From Chloroflexota bacterium (GTDB taxonomy: Bacteria; Chloroflexota; Dehalococcoidia; Dehalococcoidales; SURF-40), in assembly GCA_043803245.1 (NCBI GenBank), contig JAZDKE010000069.1, positions 1 to 59,056 of the forward strand: DNA of 59,056 nucleotides, written 5' to 3'. The position numbers and the translations under genes were made by a program. Positions 41,098 to 49,776 of the stretch are shown here, in pieces; positions within the stretch are counted from its first letter, which is position 1; every line of letters begins with the position of its first letter. A model generated the notes under the pieces. That model had not been told where the DNA came from and ran no database searches. It saw only the letters and a program-made list of their open reading frames with translations.

Positions 41098-41129
41098 GGC
41101 CCCGGAAAATCCCGGGGCCTTTCTCTTTT
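41098..41129 (+). terminator. Intrinsic terminator after etfB
   Basis: GGCCCCGG-AAAATC-CCGGGGCC-TTTCTCTTTT. Confidence 0.75.
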
Positions 41130-41919
41130 AGATAGGGATTTCCGGCTGGATTACCAGCCGGTTGATGCCCCTCTGTTCGATGTCATCGGGCACCCGGTCA
41201 TTACGGAAGAAGATGGTGTTCCCCTTGCGCTCCAGCACCACCGGCATCACCGCATTCCTCAGATAGAAGGTGTACTTCTGGCACTCACGCTTGCAGGGAA
41301 AGACGCCGATGTGCATTTCTCGCCCGGGGTCGTCACAGGCATTGGCCAGGCAGAAACGGGTGGTGGTGACGTAAGCGTAGGGCAGGTAAAGCGACCCCTG
41401 CCAGCGCTCCAGGGTAAAGCCGATGCCCTGAAGCAGATTGTCCAGCTCCACCCGGTTTACGCCCCGCCGGCGGTAAAACTCGTTTAAGGCCGGGACATTA
41501 AGGTTAGCGTCCCGGAAATAGGCCACCGTGGTCTCGGGCAGCTTGTCGATAACCGTCATCAGCCGCGGGCCGCGTTTGGTGCGGTTCAAAAGCCGCCCCA
41601 GCACCGGCTCTAATCCGGGATAGCGGCGACCTAGGAGCCGCAGCACCCCGTAGTCGTTGAAGACCACTTCACTATCCGGCCTGGCGGTAACCAGCACTTC
41701 CAGCAGGCCGCTAAGCTTCTCCAATCCCCGCTCAGTGACATAGGGCGTGACGAGGGTGAAGTCCAGCCCCTTCTCCCCCGCGAAATCGAGCACCCGTTTA
41801 AGGTCGGCGACATCGGGCAGCAGCCGCTCGCAGAACTCGACACCGAAGTAGATGCGTGAGTACCCGGGGTCAAAGTATTTCAGGTTTTCTAAGTTAGCGA
41901 TGAAAAGAGACTGTTCCAT
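41128..41919 (-). CDS. U32-like Cys-containing partner protein (UbiV-like position)
   Basis: RIYFGVEFCERL, LVTPYV, VVFNDYG, RVELDN, TTRFC, CKREC; overlaps the upstream U32 gene. Confidence 0.6.
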   Translation of the reverse strand: MEQSLFIANLENLKYFDPGYSRIYFGVEFCERLLPDVADLKRVLDFAGEKGLDFTLVTPYVTERGLEKLSGLLEVLVTARPDSEVVFNDYGVLRLLGRRYPGLEPVLGRLLNRTKRGPRLMTVIDKLPETTVAYFRDANLNVPALNEFYRRRGVNRVELDNLLQGIGFTLERWQGSLYLPYAYVTTTRFCLANACDDPGREMHIGVFPCKRECQKYTFYLRNAVMPVVLERKGNTIFFRNDRVPDDIEQRGINRLVIQPEIPI

Positions 41920-42895
41920 CTTTTTCCAGAATTTCGGGGAAATAGCAGAGATGCTCCCGGCACGGACGGCCATAGGTCTGCCGGTAGCTTTGCTGCGCCA
42001 TCTTGCGGAAGTTCGCCCGAGATGGCTTTTCCCGTGCCAGGCAATCAAGTAGCGAGCTTAAAAATTTGACGTCGGTAATTTTGCGCTCGGTGGTATTGCC
42101 CCGCCCCACAATCTTGAGGCTGGTAATGCCCATCTGCCCGAAGTCGAAAAGAGCGCAGGCCCCGCAGGGATGGTCGTCAACGTGCACCGTCTGCCAGATA
42201 TGCTGCCGCCGCCAGGAGATTTCGGCCTGGCCCGCACCGCCAGCCGCCGACACCGTAATATCGTAGGGCAGCATGCAGGCGTTCTGGTAGAGAGGCTGGA
42301 TATCCGGGCCCGCCAAACCGTGCTGAAAGGTACAAAAACCATCAACGTAGGGGCACCGCGAGTTCAAAACAAAGACCTCGGTCTCAATCCCGCTGATGTT
42401 GCCGGTGATGGCCCTCATTTCCTCTAAGTTCAAGTGCCGCGGCAGTGTCACCCGGCAGGCCCCCAGCTCCTGGTAAAACCGCACCGCCTCCGAGTTAAAT
42501 GGTGTGCCGCCGGTACTTATGTATAGTTTGGGACCGGCCGGTTTTTCCTGCAGGGTGAGGAGCAGCGCCAGGTCGGCCACCATCAGGGCATCAACCCCGA
42601 GGTCGCTTACCCTGGCAAGGTAGTCCATCAGATATGGGTACTGGCCGGGAGTATAGTAGTGCTCGTTCACCGTGAGGATGACCGGCACCCGGTGGGCATG
42701 AGCGATTTCCACGCAGCTTGCCAGGTCCCGGTACTGCGTGAAATTGGCGCCGCCGCCCGGGCGGCGGTTGATTGCCCCGGCGATGTACTTATTGTGCCAG
42801 TCGGCTAGCAGCAGGCCGCAGTAAAGCTCCTCAGCCCCGGCCTCGATTAAAGCCTCGACCTCGCTAACTTTGTCCACCGGAGAAAGTATCTTCAT
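41894..42895 (-). CDS. U32-family protein (putative Fe-S, O2-independent hydroxylase)
   Basis: MKILSP, AGAEELYCG, DALMVAD, RVTLPRHL, CPYVDGFC (Cx6C), SLKIVGR. Confidence 0.85.
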   Translation of the reverse strand: MKILSPVDKVSEVEALIEAGAEELYCGLLLADWHNKYIAGAINRRPGGGANFTQYRDLASCVEIAHAHRVPVILTVNEHYYTPGQYPYLMDYLARVSDLGVDALMVADLALLLTLQEKPAGPKLYISTGGTPFNSEAVRFYQELGACRVTLPRHLNLEEMRAITGNISGIETEVFVLNSRCPYVDGFCTFQHGLAGPDIQPLYQNACMLPYDITVSAAGGAGQAEISWRRQHIWQTVHVDDHPCGACALFDFGQMGITSLKIVGRGNTTERKITDVKFLSSLLDCLAREKPSRANFRKMAQQSYRQTYGRPCREHLCYFPEILEKDGTVSFHR

Positions 42896-43081
42896 TATGC
42901 TACTAAATAATTATAAACTTAATACGTTGGTCTTTACCATCACCGCAAATATATCGCTCTGGACTTAGGCACAGCCATGTGTTATATTTATATTCGTATA
43001 TTTGGGTTTTTTGTCCCGTCTTTTTTAAGCGAGCCAGCGCCTACCGATAAACGAACTCAAAGCTATAAGGAGTGACCGCCG

Positions 43082-44353
43082 ATGAACCAACGCAAACGTA
43101 AACTGGGGAGGGGCGTGGCTCTGGTGGGGGTCGGGATGTCCAAGTACGGCGTCCGCCAGGGGTTCAGCAACCGGGAGATGTTCGTTGAAGCCTTCCAGTC
43201 TATGCTCAAATCGGTTGACCGGGGAGTGGACCCGAAGGATATCGAAGCGAACTACGTCGGCTGCTGCGGCGCCTGGACGTGGGAAACGCAGGCCGGCATC
43301 AGCAAATGGTGCACTGACTGGGCCGGCTTAAACCCGATACCGGAAACCACCATTGACAACGCTTGCGCGAGCGCCTCGGTCGCCATGCGGCAGGCCATCA
43401 TCGGGATTGCCAGCGGTCTTTACGACGTCGTCATTGGCGGCGGCGTCGAGAAGATGACTACCCTGCCCACCGAAGAGACGACGCTCGTTCTGGCCACGGG
43501 CGGCGACATTATCTGGGAAGGCTATGCCGGCTATACGTTCCCCGGTCTCTACGCGACCATGGCCACCGCCCATATGAATGAGTTCGGCACCACCCCGGAA
43601 GACTTGATGGCCGTCGCCATCAAAAACCACAATAACGGCGCTCTAAACCCGATGGCCCAGATGCCGTTCACCCTGGCCGACCATATGAAAATGCGCATCG
43701 CCAAAGCCAAAGAAAAGGGACAGCCCGTCCCCGATTGGAAAAACGTGATGGACTTCCTGCACGACCCGGCTTACAACCCCATGATTGCCTACCCCTTGAG
43801 GCTGTTCGACTGCTGCCCCATCACCGACGGCGCCGCCTGCGCCCTCTTCGTTGCCGAGGACATCGCCCACAATTTTACCGATAAGCCGCTCTACATCGTG
43901 GGCAGCGGACAGGCCAGCGGCAATGCCCTGCTCAGCCGCGAATCTCTTAGCCATATCCCGGCAACGCGCATCGCCGCCCAGAAAGCCTACGAGATGGCCG
44001 GGGTCAAGCCCAGGGACATCAAGATTGCCGAAGTCCACGACTGTTTCACCATCGCCGAAGTGATGGCCATCAGTGACCTCGGCTTCTTCAAACCGGGCCG
44101 GGAGGCGGCCACCGCCGCCGCCGCGGGCAAGACCGCCCGTGACGGCATCATCCCGATAAACACCTCGGGCGGTTTAAAGAGCAAGGGGCACCCGGTGGGC
44201 GCTACCGGCGCCGGCCAGGCGGTGGAAATCTTTCACCAGATGAGAGGCGAAGCCGGTGCCCGGCAGGTGAACCGGGACGTTAACCTGGCGCTACAGCACA
44301 ACGTCGGCGCCCACGGCACCACCGTGGTCGTGCAAATCTACGAGAGGAGATAG
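43082..44353 (+). CDS. SCP2/archaeal-type thiolase
   Basis: NACASAS, DCCPITDGA, EVHDCF, NTSGGL.SKGHPVGATG, HNVG. Confidence 0.9.
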   Translation: MNQRKRKLGRGVALVGVGMSKYGVRQGFSNREMFVEAFQSMLKSVDRGVDPKDIEANYVGCCGAWTWETQAGISKWCTDWAGLNPIPETTIDNACASASVAMRQAIIGIASGLYDVVIGGGVEKMTTLPTEETTLVLATGGDIIWEGYAGYTFPGLYATMATAHMNEFGTTPEDLMAVAIKNHNNGALNPMAQMPFTLADHMKMRIAKAKEKGQPVPDWKNVMDFLHDPAYNPMIAYPLRLFDCCPITDGAACALFVAEDIAHNFTDKPLYIVGSGQASGNALLSRESLSHIPATRIAAQKAYEMAGVKPRDIKIAEVHDCFTIAEVMAISDLGFFKPGREAATAAAAGKTARDGIIPINTSGGLKSKGHPVGATGAGQAVEIFHQMRGEAGARQVNRDVNLALQHNVGAHGTTVVVQIYERR

Positions 44354-44357
44354 CTAA

Positions 44358-44798
44358 ATGAGCGTGGCACCTTTTACGGCAGCTTCCTTCGATAACTTCT
44401 GCCATGAGAAGAAGATAATGGGCGCAAAATGTAAGAAGTGCGGCAACCTGATTCTGCCGCCGCGCAATATGTGCGGCAAATGCTACGGCGATGAGTTGGA
44501 GTGGCAGGAAGTGGCGGGCAAGGGGAAACTCATCTCCTTCACCGTGATTGGCGTGGGCCCCACCCCGATGATTAACGAGGGCTACAACCGGGACAACCCC
44601 TATTGCTCCGGGGTAGTGCAACTTGAGGCCGGTCCCCGCATCTGCACCCAGATACTGGGAGTGGACGTTCTCCACCCTGAGAAAATCAAGTTAAACACGC
44701 CGCTGGTCGCCGATTTCATCGAAAGAGGCAGCTACTCGCTGGTGCCCGCCATCGCCAATATCAAAAAGACTTACCTTGCCTTCCGACCGGCCAAATAG
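44358..44798 (+). CDS. DUF35 Zn-ribbon/OB-fold protein
   Basis: KCKKCG..ILPPR.MCGKC, GKGKLISFT; directly follows the thiolase. Confidence 0.9.
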   Translation: MSVAPFTAASFDNFCHEKKIMGAKCKKCGNLILPPRNMCGKCYGDELEWQEVAGKGKLISFTVIGVGPTPMINEGYNRDNPYCSGVVQLEAGPRICTQILGVDVLHPEKIKLNTPLVADFIERGSYSLVPAIANIKKTYLAFRPAK

Positions 44799-44860
44799 TC
44801 CAGGGAAAGAGAAGAAAGTCCAGAACAAACCGGACTAAAAATATCGCGGGAGGAAAACAA

Positions 44861-46075
44861 ATGGAAAGAGACACCGTCATCGTCAGCGCGGTTAGAACAC
44901 CCTTCGGCCGTTACGGCGGCTCCTTAAGAGATATTGATTATTACGACCTCGGGGCGATACCGATGAAAGAGGTCATAAAGCGGGCTAATCTGGAACCGGC
45001 GGTCGTTGACGAGGTCTTCTGGGGAGTCGGCGACACCTCGGTCGCGAAGGATGTCTTTACTCCGGTCGCTGCCCGTCAGTCCCTGCTCAAAGCGGGCCTG
45101 CCGCCCACGACGCCTTCAATTTCTTTCGATAAGGCCTGTGTCTCGGCTATGTCCGCCGTCAAAATGGCGGCCACCGCCATCCGGGCCGGTGACATCGATA
45201 CCGCCATCGCCGGTGGCGCCACCAGCTTCAGCCGCGAACCGCTAATCCTGCGCAACATGCGCTTCCAGGGTTTCCGCATTGGCAACGTGAATATGGAAGA
45301 CCCCCTGTTTGCCCTGGGCTATAAGGACTTCAATCCCGTGAGCGTTGACAGCGATAACGTTGCCCATGAATACGGCATTGGCCGCGAGGAGCAGGACGAA
45401 TGGGCGGCGCGCAGCCACGCCAACTACGGCAAGGCCTGGAAGGACGGCAAGTTCAAGGACGAGATTATGCCGCTCACCATCCCCCAGCCCAAGGGGGAAC
45501 CGGTAGTGTTGAATATCGATGAGCAATACCGGGCCAACACCACCAAAGAGAGCCTGGCCAGCCTCAAGACGGTCTATAATACCCGGGCAATCACCGCGGG
45601 CAACGCCCCGGGCTTAAACGACGGCGCCTGCGCCATCCTGGTAATGAGCCGGGAGAAAGCCCAGAAGCTCGGCCTCCAGATTTTAGCCGAGGTGGTGGCC
45701 CAGGTGTCCATCGCCATCGATGCCAGCCGCATGCCGGAAGGCCCCGGCTATGCCATGCAGCAGGTGCTCAAAAAAGCTAACCTGAAACTCGACGACATGG
45801 CGGTGATGGAGATAAACGAGGCCTTCGCCTGCGTGCCCCTGGTCTCGATGAGGGTCTTCGCCGGTAAAGACCATGCCCTATACAAAAAAATCAGTGACCG
45901 GATGAATGTCAACGGCAGCGCCATCGCCATCGGCCACCCGAACACCGCGAGCGGCGCGAGGCTCATCGTCAACCTGATGCACGAACTGCGCAGACGCGGC
46001 GGCGGCTACGCCCTGGGCGCCATCTGCGGCGGCCTGGCCCAGGCTGATGCCACCATCATTAAAGTGAACGCCTAA
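44861..46075 (+). CDS. Acetyl-CoA C-acyltransferase (thiolase), divergent
   Basis: SAVRTPFG, KACVSA, TAGNAPGLNDGA, EINEAF, GHPNTASGAR, ICGGLAQ. Confidence 0.9.
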   Translation: MERDTVIVSAVRTPFGRYGGSLRDIDYYDLGAIPMKEVIKRANLEPAVVDEVFWGVGDTSVAKDVFTPVAARQSLLKAGLPPTTPSISFDKACVSAMSAVKMAATAIRAGDIDTAIAGGATSFSREPLILRNMRFQGFRIGNVNMEDPLFALGYKDFNPVSVDSDNVAHEYGIGREEQDEWAARSHANYGKAWKDGKFKDEIMPLTIPQPKGEPVVLNIDEQYRANTTKESLASLKTVYNTRAITAGNAPGLNDGACAILVMSREKAQKLGLQILAEVVAQVSIAIDASRMPEGPGYAMQQVLKKANLKLDDMAVMEINEAFACVPLVSMRVFAGKDHALYKKISDRMNVNGSAIAIGHPNTASGARLIVNLMHELRRRGGGYALGAICGGLAQADATIIKVNA

Positions 46076-46149
46076 TATATTATGGTCATCGCCCATACCC
46101 ATACGGGTCGCAGCGAAGCGTAACTGGAAACCGATTCGAGGAGGCTAAT

Positions 46150-47289
46150 ATGCAGTACCTTCAGGGGCTCACCGAAGAGCAGCAAATGATTGTTACCACC
46201 GTCAGGGACATCGCCAAGAACGAAATCGCCCCCCGGGCCGAAGCCATCGACCGCGAGGGCGAGTACCCCTGGGACATCATCAACATCTTCCGTGAGGCGG
46301 GCATTCTGTCCCTGCCCATCCCCGAGGAATATGGCGGCGCCGGGGCGAGCGAACTCACCTGCTGTCTGGTAATCGAAGAGGTGGCCAAGACCTGCGGTAA
46401 CTCCGGGCACTGTCTCTGCGACAACTGGCTGGGTATGGAACCAATACTGCTGGGTGGCGGTGAAGCGCTTAAAAAGAAATATCTTACCCAGCTGACCAGC
46501 AAAATCGCCGCCTTTGCCCTCACCGAGACCGAAGCCGGCTCCGACATCTCTGGTATTCAGACCAAAGCTGTCTTGAAGGGCAACCAATACACGCTCAACG
46601 GCCAGAAGATTTTCTGCACCAACGGCGGCAACGCCGACATCCTGTCCGTCTTCGCCCGCACCAGCCCCGACCGCAACCGCGGCATCAGCGTCTTTGTCGT
46701 GGAGAAAGGCACCGCCGGTTTCTCCATCGGTAAAAAAGAGGAACAGCTCGGCATGAGAGGCACGCCGGCCTACGAACTGCTCTTCGAGGACTGCGCCGTT
46801 CCCAAAGAAAATATCATCGGCCAGGAAGGCGAAGGGTTCAAAATCGCGATGCGCGTCTTCGACCGCAGCCGCCCCTTCGATGCCATCCTGGGAGTGGGCA
46901 TCAGCGCTGGCGCCCTCCAGTACGCCATCGACTACGCCAAAGAGAGAAAACAGTTTGGCCGCGCCATCGCCGAATTCCAGGGCCTGCAGTGGATGATGGC
47001 CGATATGGCGATTCAGATTGAAGCCGCCCGCCAGCTGGTCTACAAGGCAGCCGTCATGGTGGACGAGGACCATCCCGAAAAGACCATGTTCTCTTCAATG
47101 GCCAACTGCTTCGCCACCGATGTCGGGGTCAAGGTGACCAATGATGCCATGCAGATTCTGGGCGGCTACGGCTACATCAAAGACCACCCGCTGGAGCAGA
47201 AGATGCGGGACGCCCGGCTGCTCCAGATTGTCGAGGGCACCAATCAAATTCAGCGGGTCATCGTGGCCCGCAGGCTCCTTGAGAGCTAA
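46150..47289 (+). CDS. Acyl-CoA dehydrogenase
   Basis: FALTETEAGSD, NGQKIF.TNG, R.QFGR.I..FQ, GGYGY, IVEGTNQIQR. Confidence 0.95.
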   Translation: MQYLQGLTEEQQMIVTTVRDIAKNEIAPRAEAIDREGEYPWDIINIFREAGILSLPIPEEYGGAGASELTCCLVIEEVAKTCGNSGHCLCDNWLGMEPILLGGGEALKKKYLTQLTSKIAAFALTETEAGSDISGIQTKAVLKGNQYTLNGQKIFCTNGGNADILSVFARTSPDRNRGISVFVVEKGTAGFSIGKKEEQLGMRGTPAYELLFEDCAVPKENIIGQEGEGFKIAMRVFDRSRPFDAILGVGISAGALQYAIDYAKERKQFGRAIAEFQGLQWMMADMAIQIEAARQLVYKAAVMVDEDHPEKTMFSSMANCFATDVGVKVTNDAMQILGGYGYIKDHPLEQKMRDARLLQIVEGTNQIQRVIVARRLLES

Positions 47290-47322
47290 TATAAGTTAGT
47301 AAATATTTTGGGAGGAAGTAGC

Positions 47323-48786
47323 TTGATCACATCCGGGGAGTTTGTGGAAAGACTGAAAGCGATGAGTCCCAACTGCTACATGCACGGGGAGCTCATCCAG
47401 CGCGATGACCCGCGCATGCTGGTCGCGATGAAAGACATCCTGATGACCTACGACGTGGTCGCCGACCCGAAGTACCGCGACCTGGTGACCACCACCTCTC
47501 ACCTCACCGGCAAAAAAATCAACCGCTTTTGCAATGTCCACCAGAGCGTTGACGACCTGCTGAAGAAGCAGCGGATGACCCGGGAGCTCAGCCGTCTCAG
47601 CGGCACCTGCATCCAGCGGTGCATGGGCATCGACATGGTAAACGCCCTCTCCATCGTCACCAAGGAAGCCGATGACAAGAACGGCGGCAAAACCGAGTAC
47701 CACGAGCGCTTCAAGGCTTTCCTCAAGGAGTTCCAGAACAAGGATATGGTCGGTGCCGCCGCCCAGACCGATGTCAAGGGCGACCGCATGCTCCGGCCCC
47801 ACGAACAGGCCGACCCCGACCTTTACCTCCGGGTAGTCGAGAGAAACGCCAAGGGAATCGTGGTGCGGGGCTGCAAGGTGCACACCACCGTCGGGCCTTA
47901 CTGCGACGAGATGATTGTCACCCCCTGCCGGTCCCTCACCAAAGATGAAGGCGACTGGTCGGTCTGCTTCTCCGTCCCGGCCGATACCAAGGGCATCCAC
48001 ATGCTGGTTGAGGCCGCCAACCCGACCCCCAGGAAAGCGCTGCCCGCCGAGGTAGCCGAGCACGGTATCGCCCACAGCGTCACCATCTTCGATGACGTGC
48101 TGGTGCCCTGGGACAGGGTCTTCCTGGACAACGACCCGCAGCTCGGTGCCCGCGCTGCCCTGCTCTTCGCCCTCTACCACCGGCACAGCTACACCGGCTG
48201 CAAGCCCGCCTACACCGACGTGCTGATGGGCACCACCGCCCTCATCGCCGAGGTGAGCGGCATTGATAAGCAGCAGCACGTCCGGCACAAGCTGGCCGAG
48301 ATGATTTCCGTGGCCGAGCTGGTCTACGCTTCCGGCATCGCCGCCGCCCACACCGCCACCAAAGCCACCTCGGGCACGATGGTGCCCGACGTCATCTTCT
48401 GCAACGTGGGCCGCAAGCACGCCGGGGTCAATATCTACCACGAGTATGACATCCTCTGCGACATCTGCGGTGGCCAGCCGCAGACCATGCCCTACGAGGA
48501 AGAGTACGCCGACCCCAGGTGGCGGCCGTACCTCGACAAGTACTTTATGAGGAAGGCGGACGTCCCACCCGAGACCATTCACCGCGCTTTCCGCCTGGCC
48601 CAGGACCTGCTCGCCGGCCCGATCACCTCGAACATGCAGATTGCCGGCGTCCACGGCGGCGGCTCCCCGATTATGGAGGACATCGCCATCTTCGCCAACT
48701 ACCCCATCGAGGAGAAAAAGAACATCGCCCGGCACCTGGCCGGCATTCCCGAAAAAGAGATCGGAAAGGAAACCGGCAAAAAGTAG
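47323..48786 (+). CDS. 4-hydroxybutyryl-CoA dehydratase (AbfD)-family radical dehydratase, cluster ligands intact
   Basis: CIQRCMGID, AQTDVKGDR, RGCKVH, FDDVLVPWDRVF, HRHSYTGCK, HGGGSP. TTG start after GGAGG. Confidence 0.88.
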   Translation: MITSGEFVERLKAMSPNCYMHGELIQRDDPRMLVAMKDILMTYDVVADPKYRDLVTTTSHLTGKKINRFCNVHQSVDDLLKKQRMTRELSRLSGTCIQRCMGIDMVNALSIVTKEADDKNGGKTEYHERFKAFLKEFQNKDMVGAAAQTDVKGDRMLRPHEQADPDLYLRVVERNAKGIVVRGCKVHTTVGPYCDEMIVTPCRSLTKDEGDWSVCFSVPADTKGIHMLVEAANPTPRKALPAEVAEHGIAHSVTIFDDVLVPWDRVFLDNDPQLGARAALLFALYHRHSYTGCKPAYTDVLMGTTALIAEVSGIDKQQHVRHKLAEMISVAELVYASGIAAAHTATKATSGTMVPDVIFCNVGRKHAGVNIYHEYDILCDICGGQPQTMPYEEEYADPRWRPYLDKYFMRKADVPPETIHRAFRLAQDLLAGPITSNMQIAGVHGGGSPIMEDIAIFANYPIEEKKNIARHLAGIPEKEIGKETGKK

Positions 48787-48815
48787 CCGCACCGGATTAC
48801 CGATTTCTGGACACG

Positions 48816-48849
48816 GGAGGCGGGGCCGCGGATAAACGGTTCCGCCTCC
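48816..48849 (+). other. Intercistronic stem-loop
   Basis: GGAGGCGGGGCCG-CGGATAAA-CGGTTCCGCCTCC. Confidence 0.5.
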
Positions 48850-48875
48850 TTGAATTAAGGGGCAAGGAGCCGAAA

Positions 48876-49628
48876 ATGGACTTCTCACTTACGGGTAAAA
48901 TCGCCCTGGTCACCGGCGCAAGCCGCGGCATCGGCGAGGCCACTGCCCTGGGTTTTGCCCGGGCCGGCGCCGACGTCGCCGTCACCGCCCGTAATCCGGG
49001 TGAGCTGGCGAAACTCTCCGACCGGATTCGGGAAATGGGACAGCGGGCGCTACCGGTTACCGGTCACCTCGGCCGGATGGCGGATATCAACAACCTGGTG
49101 AGCCGGGTTAAAGAAGAGTTTGGGCGCATTGATATCCTGGTGAATAACGCCGCCGCCAATCCCACGATGGACGCCGCCATTGACGCCACCGAGCGCGCCT
49201 GGGACACGATTATGAGTCTGAACTTAAAAGGCCTTTTCTTCTTGAGCCAGGCCGTGGCAAGGGTGATGAGAGAGCATGGCGGCGGGCGAATTATCAACGT
49301 CGCCTCTGCCGGTGGTATCCGGCCCCACATTCTGCCCGTGTACTCCATCAGCAAGGCCGGTGTCATCATGGCCACCAAGATTATGGCCCTGGAATGGGCA
49401 CAGTACGGCATCAACGCCAACGCCATCGCCCCGGGACTGACTAAGACCCGCTTCAGCCAGGCCCTGTGGGGCGATGAGAAAACTTTGAGCTACTTAATGC
49501 AGCGTGTTCCTCTAAAGCGCTTCGCCGAGCCCGAGGAAATTGTGGGGGCGATGCTCTTTTTGGCCTCCGATGCGGGCAAGTTCGTCACCGGCACCGTCAT
49601 CAGCGTTGATGGCGGCGAGACGATTTAA
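48876..49628 (+). CDS. Short-chain dehydrogenase/reductase
   Basis: TGASRGIG, NNAA, YSISK; ATG at 48876 after AGGAG. Confidence 0.92.
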   Translation: MDFSLTGKIALVTGASRGIGEATALGFARAGADVAVTARNPGELAKLSDRIREMGQRALPVTGHLGRMADINNLVSRVKEEFGRIDILVNNAAANPTMDAAIDATERAWDTIMSLNLKGLFFLSQAVARVMREHGGGRIINVASAGGIRPHILPVYSISKAGVIMATKIMALEWAQYGINANAIAPGLTKTRFSQALWGDEKTLSYLMQRVPLKRFAEPEEIVGAMLFLASDAGKFVTGTVISVDGGETI

Positions 49629-49776
49629 ATGCTTTTCATCTGCCCCTGATGTGACCACCATCTCCGCAATGACGCGGTTGGCAGCACTCGGATGAGTTTG
49701 TGTCCAGTTTGACAAGCCCCGAGCCAAAAACCTATTATCATCTTAGAAGTCTTGTTATTAACAAAGGGGGGAACGC

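Noticed and set aside
48519-48875. 119-aa N-terminal extension of the SDR
   Set aside because: Overlaps the dehydratase gene; the real start with SD is at 48876.
46072-48888. Long minus-strand ORFs (333 aa and 530 aa), and similar ones opposite other genes
   Set aside because: Antisense shadows of well-supported GC-rich genes; no recognisable motifs.
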